From an uncultured Mycoplasmatota bacterium (lineage in GTDB: Bacteria; Bacillota_I; Bacilli_A; RF39; UBA660), in contig CAOJYR010000004.1 in the NCBI GenBank assembly GCA_948465965.1, positions 2,734 through 66,733 of the forward strand: a stretch of DNA of 64,000 nt, in the 5' to 3' direction. Shown piece by piece: positions 10,066 through 18,630 of this stretch (position 1 is its first letter; every line of letters begins with the position of its first letter). Position numbers and translations under genes: made by a program. The notes under the pieces are model-generated. The model was not told the origin of the DNA. It made no database searches and saw only the letters and a list, made by a program, of their open reading frames with translations.

Positions 10066-10485
10066 TCTTCTTTTTTTTATTAAGATTGAGCAGTTGTAAA
10101 TCTATGTTTGTGTTTTTGCATTTTTTGTAAAGTATTGACAATTTTATAAAACGTGATTTTTCCTTTAATTTAGATAATATTATTAGAAAAATGTAATTTA
10201 AGAAAATAATAATATTGTAAAATTGTGTGTGTTGTTCTTTTTCTTACGCTGACAATGTAATGTAAATTTTGCTGTAGATTTTTGTAAAAATATAGTCAAA
10301 TTATTTATAAAATGTAAAGTGTTTAATATTAATTATAATTTAGGTAAAGCTTATAGTTTTCTTTTGCTTCAAATAATGGTGAAATTTTATATATTTATTT
10401 TACGAATATTGACGAATTGTATTGACATTATCTTTTATAATGGATTATGGATTATTTTATTGAGTTTTGGTCCTTTTTCTTTTTC

Positions 10486-10514
10486 TTGACATTGTATGAA
10501 AATAAATCTACAAT
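10486..10514 (+). promoter_or_regulatory. Candidate sigma-A promoter of rny
   Basis: TTGACA (10486-10491), a 17-nt spacer, then TACAAT (10509-10514), about 50 nt upstream of the rny ATG. Confidence 0.45.
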
Positions 10515-10564
10515 ATAATTAGATTTAGACTTATATTTAAGGCTAATCTGAATGGAGGAGTTAT

Positions 10565-12118
10565 ATGAATAGTTTAATATTCTCCATTTTACTTGTTGTT
10601 ATTGGATTACTAATAGGGCTTTTTGTAGCGTTTGTTATAAATAGTTTGAGAGCTAATCTTGCTTCTAAGAAAGCAGAAACTTTAATTAATCAGGCAAGAA
10701 AAGATATTGAAAGATTAAAAAGGGATGCTGCTATTGAACAGAAGGAAGAGGCTCATAAGTTAAAGATGGATTTAGATAAAGAAATTCGTGAAAAGAAAGA
10801 AGAAGTGAAAGAATCTGAAAGTAGGCTTTTGCAAAGAGAAGCTAGTATTGATAAAAGAGATGAGTTATTGCAAAAAAGGGAGATATCTTTAGATGAACGT
10901 GAGGAAAAACTTTCAGAAAGACAATTAGAAATTCAGAATGAAAAGAGTAAAGTGGATGATATAAAGAAAGAACAATTGGATTTGTTACAAAAAATATCTG
11001 GTTTTAGTAAGGATAAAGCACGTGACTTAGTTATGAGTCAAGTAAAAGAAAATATGAGTAAAGAGATTGCTGAATACATAAGGGAAACAGAAAATGAAGC
11101 AAAATTAACAGCAGATAAGAAGGCAAGAGAGTTTATTGTTAGTTCAATGCAAAAATATGCTGCTGATATTGCTAGTGATCAAACGATTACAGTGGTTGAT
11201 TTACCAAATGATGAAATGAAAGGTCGAATTATTGGACGAGAAGGTAGAAATATTCGTACAATAGAAGCTATTACGGGAGTTGATTTAATTATTGATGATA
11301 CTCCGGAGGCGGTTGTATTATCTAGTTTTGATCCTTTAAGAAGAGAAATTGCCAGAGTAACTCTTGAAACTTTAATTAAAGATGGAAGAATTCATCCTAC
11401 TAGGATTGAAGAGTTATATGATAAAGTTTGTAAGGATATGAAACAAAAAATTATTGATTATGGTCAAGACACTACTTTTGAGCTTGGGCTTACAAAGTTT
11501 GATCCTGGTCTAATTGAGATTATTGGTAAACTTTATTTTAGAACTAGTTATGGTCAAAATGCATTACAGCATTCAAAAGAAGTGGCACAATTATCCGGAC
11601 TTTTGGCTGGAGAGTTAGGAGAAAACATTACTTTGGCTAAACGAGCAGGACTTTTACATGATATTGGAAAAGCTATAGATCATGAAATCGAGGGAAGCCA
11701 TGTCGATATTGGTGTAGATATTGCTAAAAAGTATGGTGAAGATGAAGTCGTTATTAATGCAATTGCTTCTCACCATGGTGATACTCAAGCTACTAGTGTA
11801 ATATCTAGTATTGTAGCGATTGCTGATGCATTATCTGCATCACGCCCTGGAGCTAGAAATGATTCACTTGAAAATTATATTAAGAGACTTTCTCAACTTG
11901 AGGAGGTTGGTAATAATATTGATGGAGTGGAAAAAACCTTTGCAGTACAGGCTGGGCGTGAGCTACGTGTTATAGTTAAGCCTGATGAGGTTGATGATTT
12001 AGAGGCTCATAAAATTGCTCGTGAGGTGAAAGAAAAAATAGAATCTACTATGAAGTATCCAGGTACTATTAAAATTACAGTTGTTCGTGAAACAAGAGCA
12101 CAGGAGGAGGCAAAATAA
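10565..12118 (+). CDS. rny: Ribonuclease Y
   Basis: N-terminal TM helix, coiled coil, KH domain ([12 protein letters not shown]) and HD domain (HSKEVA...LLHDIGKA). It lies downstream of recA, as in Bacillus. Confidence 0.95.
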   Translation: MNSLIFSILLVVIGLLIGLFVAFVINSLRANLASKKAETLINQARKDIERLKRDAAIEQKEEAHKLKMDLDKEIREKKEEVKESESRLLQREASIDKRDELLQKREISLDEREEKLSERQLEIQNEKSKVDDIKKEQLDLLQKISGFSKDKARDLVMSQVKENMSKEIAEYIRETENEAKLTADKKAREFIVSSMQKYAADIASDQTITVVDLPNDEMKGRIIGREGRNIRTIEAITGVDLIIDDTPEAVVLSSFDPLRREIARVTLETLIKDGRIHPTRIEELYDKVCKDMKQKIIDYGQDTTFELGLTKFDPGLIEIIGKLYFRTSYGQNALQHSKEVAQLSGLLAGELGENITLAKRAGLLHDIGKAIDHEIEGSHVDIGVDIAKKYGEDEVVINAIASHHGDTQATSVISSIVAIADALSASRPGARNDSLENYIKRLSQLEEVGNNIDGVEKTFAVQAGRELRVIVKPDEVDDLEAHKIAREVKEKIESTMKYPGTIKITVVRETRAQEEAK

Positions 12119-12121
12119 GTA

Positions 12122-12538
12122 TTGCTTCTTTTTTATTGGGAGTCTTTTTCTTTTTTGTTAATAATATTAATGAGGGGGGTGGTTTTTATAAATACTAAAA
12201 ATCGACTTTTTTTGTTTTGGCAAATTGGTAAATGTGTATTTGAAACTCATAAAGATATAGAAAATATAGCTTTTAAGATATCAAATTTTTATAGTTATAA
12301 ATACGGTCTTGATTATACTTTTTCTGTTGAGAATATAAATAGAATGAAATGTTTTTATTTATGCTTTCCTGTTTATAATTCTTATTTAGAGAAACTTTCA
12401 TGGGAACAGTATTTAGAACTCATAGAAATTGAAGACAGAGATAAAAGATTATTTTATTTTAAAACAAGTATTTTTTGTAACTTTTCTTTGGAAGAGTTAA
12501 TATTTGGTATTGATAACTTTTATTATGAAAGAATATAA
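12122..12538 (+). CDS. Stand-alone DUF1016/YhcG N-terminal-domain-like protein (no nuclease domain); start codon uncertain
   Basis: FWQIGKCVFE...FSVENINRMKCFY...LSWEQYLELIEI....FSLEELIFGI..FYYERI parallels the N-terminal half of the full-length DUF1016 protein at 33834-34748. Confidence 0.4.
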   Translation: MLLFYWESFSFLLIILMRGVVFINTKNRLFLFWQIGKCVFETHKDIENIAFKISNFYSYKYGLDYTFSVENINRMKCFYLCFPVYNSYLEKLSWEQYLELIEIEDRDKRLFYFKTSIFCNFSLEELIFGIDNFYYERI

Positions 12539-12539
12539 A

Positions 12540-12570
12540 AACCCCGTTTCTATGTCCAAGAAACGGGGTT
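12540..12570. terminator. Strong hairpin between convergent genes (probable rnj terminator, possibly bidirectional)
   Basis: aaccccgtttct / agaaacggggtt forms a 12-bp perfect stem with a 7-nt loop. The A-run on the plus side gives a U-run for the minus-strand transcript. Confidence 0.7.
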
Positions 12571-12580
12571 CATATCAAAA

Positions 12581-14260
12581 TTAATTCTCTCTTTTTATAT
12601 CTAATATTACTGGTAATATTATTGGTTTTCTACCAGTTAAATAATTTATATATGGATATAATTGTTCTGTTATATCACTTTTTAGTGTAGCAAATGTTGT
12701 TTTAGGATTGGCAAGTTCTGTTTTTATTACACTTTCGGCTTTTTCCTCTATTTTTCTAATTAGTTCTTCATTTTCATTTACAAGGATAAACCCTCTTGTT
12801 GTAATGTTTGGTTTGATTAGTAATTCACGTTTTTTCATGTCAACATTTATAATTACTACTAGTATTCCATCATTAGCCATAATTTTGCGATCTTTTAAAA
12901 CTGCACTTCCAATTTCACCAATTCTATTACCATCAACATATATATCCGCTCCTGGCATACTTTCTCCTTTAGTGATTATATGATTTCTTAAGTTTAAGCT
13001 ATCACCATTTTTTAAGATAAAAGTATTTTCTTTTGGAATTCCACAGTTTATACCAATGTCAGCTTGTTTTTTTAGCATCCTGTAATCTCCATGGAATGGC
13101 ATTAAGTATTTTGGTTTAATTAATCTAATCATTAATTTTACTTCTTCTTCATTGGCATGACCTGATGTGTGAAGATCTGCTAATGAGTTGTTTGTGTAAA
13201 CCTTTACACCTTTTAAATATAATTTATTAATTGTTTTTGAGATACTTAAAGCGTTTCCTGGTATGGCACTGGATGAGAATATTACAACATCATCTGGTCT
13301 TAGTTTGATTTGTTTATGTGTACCATTTGATATTCTTGATAGTGCCGCAAGTGGTTCACCTTGGCTTCCAGTACATAGAATTGTTACTTCATTTGGTTTT
13401 AAATTATTAGCTTCTTCAGGAGAAATTAATAATTCTTTATGGTCAATGTAACCACCATTTATAGAAATATTTATATTATTTTCCATACTTCTACCAAAAA
13501 TACAAATCTTTCGATTATGTTTGTAACATGTTTCAAATATATGTTTAACACGGTAAATATTTGATGCAAATGTTGCGATTATAATACGACTGTTTTTGCA
13601 TTTATCAAACATTTCTCCTAAGGTTTCGTCAACTACAGATTCACTAGCAGAAAATCCTTCGTTTAATACATTTGTTGAATCACCTATTAGTAGATCTACC
13701 CCTTTTTCTCCAAGGGCTGCCATTTTATATAAATTTGCCATAGGTCCAATTGGAGTTAGATCAAATTTATAGTCTCCAGTTGTAACAATTGTTCCATCTG
13801 GAGTTGTAATACTGATTCCATGAGAATCAGGTACTGAGTGAGTTATTCTAAAAAACTCAATTTCAATTTCTTTAAATTTTAGTTTAGTGTTTTCGGTATA
13901 GACAAATAAGTTATCATATCGTATGTTTCTATCTTGTAGTTTTACAGCAATTAACTCTTTGGCATGATTAGGCGCATAAATAGCTGGAATATTTATACTT
14001 TGAAGTAGAAATGGTATTCCACCAATATGATCTTCATGTCCATGCGTTATAAGTAAAGCTTTAATTTTGTCCTCGTTTTCTTTTAAAAAAGTAAAATCAG
14101 GTAAAACATAGTCAATTCCCATAAGTTCACTTTCTGGGAAACTAACACCGGCATCAATAATAACAATAGCGTCTTTATGCATTACACAATACATATTTTT
14201 TCCGACTTCTCCTAAACCACCTAAAACAACTATTTTTGTTTCGTTGGTTTTATTATTCAT
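12581..14260 (-). CDS. rnj: Ribonuclease J (metallo-beta-lactamase / beta-CASP)
   Basis: LGGLGEVGKNMY, HGHEDHIGG, beta-CASP region and C-terminal domain. The length (559 aa) is typical. Confidence 0.9.
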   Translation of the reverse strand: MNNKTNETKIVVLGGLGEVGKNMYCVMHKDAIVIIDAGVSFPESELMGIDYVLPDFTFLKENEDKIKALLITHGHEDHIGGIPFLLQSINIPAIYAPNHAKELIAVKLQDRNIRYDNLFVYTENTKLKFKEIEIEFFRITHSVPDSHGISITTPDGTIVTTGDYKFDLTPIGPMANLYKMAALGEKGVDLLIGDSTNVLNEGFSASESVVDETLGEMFDKCKNSRIIIATFASNIYRVKHIFETCYKHNRKICIFGRSMENNINISINGGYIDHKELLISPEEANNLKPNEVTILCTGSQGEPLAALSRISNGTHKQIKLRPDDVVIFSSSAIPGNALSISKTINKLYLKGVKVYTNNSLADLHTSGHANEEEVKLMIRLIKPKYLMPFHGDYRMLKKQADIGINCGIPKENTFILKNGDSLNLRNHIITKGESMPGADIYVDGNRIGEIGSAVLKDRKIMANDGILVVIINVDMKKRELLIKPNITTRGFILVNENEELIRKIEEKAESVIKTELANPKTTFATLKSDITEQLYPYINYLTGRKPIILPVILDIKREN

Positions 14261-14591
14261 ATAAACTCCTTTCTTTTTTTATTTAAAAGAACTAACGAAA
14301 AGATTATACTATATTTTTTTCGTTTTGTCTACGTATGTATGTATTTATAGATGTAAATTAACTTAATTTTATTTTCCATGTTATAACAGATCTATTTTAA
14401 GGAAGTAATTAGGGGTTTTTGGCATGGTTTCTTAAGAAGAAGTGTTGATGTGAAAAGAGGGAAAGGAGGAAGAAGATCATCTTCATAAACTTCAAATAAT
14501 ATGCAAAATTTAAATGATATCAGGAAAAGGGTGACTTTTTTTCTGATTGTAAACAAATTTTTCCTATGCTAAAATGAGGTTGGTGATATAA

Positions 14592-16133
14592 ATGAGATTG
14601 TTTTATAAAATTAAAAATATGTTTAAGGGTGTTTCTTTAGAGATTGTGAGGGATAAATGTGTTAAATATTTTTATGATGTTATGTTTTTTTTCTTTTCAT
14701 TAATCTTTGTTTTTACTATTTTTTATAATAAATCTAGTTATGCTAATTTAAAGTTTTATGAAAGTATTTTATCTTTTTTTGCTTATTGTTTCTTTATTTT
14801 TCTCATATGGAAGTTTTTTTTGAGAAAACTCAAAGATAATAGAAAGTTTTATTTCTTTTTTCTATTTCTTTTTTTCATATTACAATTGATTTTTGCATTC
14901 TTGTTCGCAGTTAGACCTTCTTGGGATTTTGGAGCTGTTAATGATTCTGTCTTTTGGGATTTAGATGGGGTTATGTCTCTTAATAAGAATGTGTATTTTT
15001 ATCGTTATTCAAATAATGTTGGTCTTTTTTTATTGTTGAAGGCAATTTATTATCCTTTTTCTTTATTGGGAGCTAGTCATTTTCTTTTATTAGGAATTGG
15101 TCTTTTATTTAATATTATTCTGATTGATATTGGTTTATTTTATTTATATCGTTTTCTTTCTTTATTTGTATCTTCTAGGCAAAGGTTGTTTTTCTTCTTT
15201 CTTTCATTATTATATTTGCCTTTTATTACGTATGTTCCTATTTTTTATACGGATACTTATTCCTTACCTTTTGCAATTATGTCCCTTTATTATTTGTTTT
15301 ATTATTCATATTGCAATGATAAAAAAATTTATTTGATTTTATGTGGATTTTCCTTAGGAATTGGTTGTTTTATTAAATTTTCTTTGTTTATTGTTTTTCT
15401 TGCTTTTTTCATTTTCTTTTTGTTTAGATCAGAGAAAATGTCTTTAAAGAAAGTATTTCATTCTTTATTTGTGATTGCATTATTTTTTTCTATTCCCTTA
15501 GTTTTTTTACAAGGATATATTCATTTTACGTTTGATGCTAAATTATTAGAGAAAGAATCGTTTCCGAAAGAACATTATTTTATGATGGGACTTACTAATT
15601 ATGGTGGTTATAATGAAGAGGATGTTCTTTTTACGAGAAATATTTTGGGAATTTCTAATAAAAAGAAGGCTGATTTAAGACAATTTTATAGTCGTTTTAA
15701 TGAATTACGTAGAACAAATAAGGTTTTAGAATTTTATACTAATAAGGCTGTTTATACCTGGGGTGATGGTACTTATTTTGCACCATGTAAATTAGATGTA
15801 GAACCATTAAATTCTTATTCTGTTAAAAAGATTGTTCTGGGAGATAGTAATTATATTTTTCGTTGTGTTTCTCAGGCACAAATGCTGTTTACTTTATTTT
15901 TTATTTTAATAGGAATTTTCTTTCGCAAATATTTAACTGATAGGCAAAAAGATATTCAGTTATTATTAAATATTATTATTTTTGGTGTTTTTCTTTTCTT
16001 CTTATTATGGGAGGCGCGTTCTAGATATATTGTTAATTTCATTCCTATTTTATTAAGTTCTAGTTATTTAGGTGTTATTGCTTTTTATAATTATATAAAG
16101 ATAAAACATACGGATGATCTTATTTGTAAATGA
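14592..16133 (+). CDS. Large polytopic membrane protein, GT-C-like (ArnT/PMT-type glycosyltransferase fold suspected)
   Basis: About 12 hydrophobic helices with a periplasm-facing C-terminal soluble stretch. No sharper motif recognised. Confidence 0.45.
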   Translation: MRLFYKIKNMFKGVSLEIVRDKCVKYFYDVMFFFFSLIFVFTIFYNKSSYANLKFYESILSFFAYCFFIFLIWKFFLRKLKDNRKFYFFFLFLFFILQLIFAFLFAVRPSWDFGAVNDSVFWDLDGVMSLNKNVYFYRYSNNVGLFLLLKAIYYPFSLLGASHFLLLGIGLLFNIILIDIGLFYLYRFLSLFVSSRQRLFFFFLSLLYLPFITYVPIFYTDTYSLPFAIMSLYYLFYYSYCNDKKIYLILCGFSLGIGCFIKFSLFIVFLAFFIFFLFRSEKMSLKKVFHSLFVIALFFSIPLVFLQGYIHFTFDAKLLEKESFPKEHYFMMGLTNYGGYNEEDVLFTRNILGISNKKKADLRQFYSRFNELRRTNKVLEFYTNKAVYTWGDGTYFAPCKLDVEPLNSYSVKKIVLGDSNYIFRCVSQAQMLFTLFFILIGIFFRKYLTDRQKDIQLLLNIIIFGVFLFFLLWEARSRYIVNFIPILLSSSYLGVIAFYNYIKIKHTDDLICK

Positions 16134-16167
16134 AATTTATCTATGATAGAATATAGGTGGTGATAAT

Positions 16168-17193
16168 ATGGGATTTTTTAATAAAATAAAAGATATGTTT
16201 AAAAATAGTACTTCTTCTAATGAGATAGTTTCAGAAGGGGAAAACCAGGAAGTTAGTAAGGTAGAGGAAGAGGTAAAGATATATGAAAAGGGTTTAACTA
16301 AATCTAGAGAAGGTTTTGTATCTAAACTTGCAAATCTTACTAATAAATATCGAACTATTAATGATGATTATTTTGATGAGTTAGAAGAAATCTTAATCAT
16401 GGCTGATATTGGTGTTAATACCGTTATGGAGTTTATCGATAGACTTAGAGATAGGGTTGTTAAAGAAAAAATTGATGATCCTAATGTGTTGAAAGAAATT
16501 ATTGTTGATGAATTATTTATTATTTATGTTAATGATGAAGTATTGGTTAATAAAATTAATTTTAGTGATGATGGTCCAACTGTAGTTTTATTTGTTGGTG
16601 TTAATGGAGTGGGAAAGACAACTACTATTGGTAAGCTTGCTAATAAGTTAAAATCCGAAGGTAAGAAGGTTTTATTGGTTGGGGCTGATACTTTTAGAGC
16701 TGGCGCTGTAGCTCAACTTGAGGAGTGGAGTCGTAGGATAGATGTCTCATTTTATGGCAAAGAAGAGGGAAGTGATCCGGCTAGTGTTGTTTTTGATGGT
16801 TGTACAAAAGCAAAAGAGGAAGACTTTGATGTTGTTTTAGTAGATACTGCGGGACGTCTTCAAAATAAGGTTAACTTAATGAAGGAGTTGGAAAAAATTA
16901 ATAAGGTTATTGGTCAGATTATAGAAGGTGGTCCACATGAGACGCTCTTAGTAATTGATGCTACTACTGGGCAGAATGGAATTAGTCAGGCCAAAGCTTT
17001 TAAAGAAATTACTAATATAACTGGAATTGTATTAACAAAATTGGATGGAACTGCAAAAGGTGGAATCGTACTTGCTATTAAAGACGATGCTGGTCTTCCT
17101 GTAAAGTATATTGGACTTGGAGAAGGAAAGGATGATTTACAAGTATTTGATATTGAAAAATATATTTATGGTTTATTTAAGGATATGATTTAG
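16168..17193 (+). CDS. ftsY: Signal recognition particle receptor FtsY
   Basis: SRP GTPase motifs GVNGVGKTTT, DTAGR, TKLDG. Confidence 0.95.
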   Translation: MGFFNKIKDMFKNSTSSNEIVSEGENQEVSKVEEEVKIYEKGLTKSREGFVSKLANLTNKYRTINDDYFDELEEILIMADIGVNTVMEFIDRLRDRVVKEKIDDPNVLKEIIVDELFIIYVNDEVLVNKINFSDDGPTVVLFVGVNGVGKTTTIGKLANKLKSEGKKVLLVGADTFRAGAVAQLEEWSRRIDVSFYGKEEGSDPASVVFDGCTKAKEEDFDVVLVDTAGRLQNKVNLMKELEKINKVIGQIIEGGPHETLLVIDATTGQNGISQAKAFKEITNITGIVLTKLDGTAKGGIVLAIKDDAGLPVKYIGLGEGKDDLQVFDIEKYIYGLFKDMI

Positions 17194-17201
17194 GAGATAG
17201 T

Positions 17202-17465
17202 ATGAAAAGTGGAGAAAAGAAGGCAAATACGATTAATTCACTTAATATTGTATTTGTTGATATTCAAATTGTATTAACTGTTCTTACAGTTATTTTAGCT
17301 ATAGTAGTTTTATTTTATCAAGATATGATGAGGGTATTTCAACTATCTTTGGGGTGTTGCTTGTTAATGATGGCCTATAATAATCAAAAAATATATAAAA
17401 GAAAAAATATTACTATTATTTATGTAGTAGTTGGAATTATTTTATTGATATGTTTGGGAGTATAA
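17202..17465 (+). CDS. Small hydrophobic protein (2-3 TM), unknown function
   Basis: An ORF tightly packed between ftsY (8-nt gap) and ylxM (1-nt gap). Hydrophobic segments only. Confidence 0.4.
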   Translation: MKSGEKKANTINSLNIVFVDIQIVLTVLTVILAIVVLFYQDMMRVFQLSLGCCLLMMAYNNQKIYKRKNITIIYVVVGIILLICLGV

Positions 17466-17466
17466 A

Positions 17467-17760
17467 ATGGAAAATGTAATTTATTTTAATGATTTATATG
17501 ATTTGTATGGTAATTTATTAACAGAAAAACAAAAAATGTATTTTGAAGATTATTATTTTAATAATCTAAGTCTTTCCGAAATGGCTGAAAATTATAATGT
17601 AAGTCGAAATGCTATTTTTAAACAAATTCATATTGTAATAGATAAGTTAGAGGAATATGAAAAAAAACTTGAATTATATAAAAAGAAGAAGAGTATAGAA
17701 AATATTATATTGGAATTAAATGATGAAGATATAAAAAAACAACTTGAGGAGTTGTTCTAA
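17467..17760 (+). CDS. ylxM: YlxM / UPF0122 putative DNA-binding protein (SRP-operon associated)
   Basis: LYDLYGNLLTEKQKMYFEDYYFNNLSLSEMAENYNVSRNAI is the classic YlxM pattern. Confidence 0.85.
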   Translation: MENVIYFNDLYDLYGNLLTEKQKMYFEDYYFNNLSLSEMAENYNVSRNAIFKQIHIVIDKLEEYEKKLELYKKKKSIENIILELNDEDIKKQLEELF

Positions 17761-17794
17761 GTGAAATAGTATTCTTATGCTATTTTTTTGTTTG

Positions 17795-18499
17795 TTATTT
17801 ACGTGATTGTGGTGTATAGATTAGTTTTTTAGCTTGGGAATAATCTTTGTTTTGTAATTTTTCTAAAGTGCTTCCAAAAGCTATGATTTCTATAAAGCAT
17901 CTTTGAGGTGGAGTAAAAATATTGTTAGTTTTCTTTGCTGCTTGGCTTAGTCCTCGGTTAAATACTGCTAATTTTGCATTTGGAATACTTTTTCTTGTGT
18001 TTAATAATTCTTTTGCTATTGTAATGAAGTCCTTTTTTACTATTTCTTGTTTTTTAGTAAAGTCTTGAAAGACTAAGATTTTATTTTCTTCATCGGACTT
18101 TTCATCTTCTATACATTCATATAAGTATTCTTTTATATAATTAAAAGTATTATATGCCCCTTCATAGTTTAAAATATTTCTTTCATCTTGAAAGAAAGTT
18201 TCTAAATAGGCGATATTACTTACTAGCTCTTCTTTTTCTCTTAAAATACTTTCCTTAGGTGTTCTAAGCACTTGGTAATGTTCAACAAAATATAGGTTTG
18301 ATATATCTGGATTTTTTTCTTGGTACTTTTTAGCAATCCATTTTACTTCTTCATCATTTAGGAGAAGTATTTCTTGTGTTAAAGGTCCTTTTTTATTATT
18401 TTCACTTTCAAAGATAAAATTATGTCTTAGAAATCTTAAATCATAAATTTTAATATTTTTCATTAGTGATAGGCATTTTTCTTTTCTATTCTTTTCCAT
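17795..18499 (-). CDS. Hypothetical cytoplasmic protein (234 aa), no recognisable motif
   Basis: Long ORF on the opposite strand, transcribed divergently from the HerA-like ATPase gene. Helix-rich, Lys/Glu-rich composition. Confidence 0.5.
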   Translation of the reverse strand: MEKNRKEKCLSLMKNIKIYDLRFLRHNFIFESENNKKGPLTQEILLLNDEEVKWIAKKYQEKNPDISNLYFVEHYQVLRTPKESILREKEELVSNIAYLETFFQDERNILNYEGAYNTFNYIKEYLYECIEDEKSDEENKILVFQDFTKKQEIVKKDFITIAKELLNTRKSIPNAKLAVFNRGLSQAAKKTNNIFTPPQRCFIEIIAFGSTLEKLQNKDYSQAKKLIYTPQSRK

Positions 18500-18630
18500 G
18501 TGACCTCCTTAAACGCGGTTTATATTATACCATTGTTTCTTGTTTGATTCAATTATTACTTGTAAAATATAAGAAAAGAAGGTATAATTTTTGTATATGA
18601 TAGGGGTATTTTAGAATAAGGGGATAGCTT

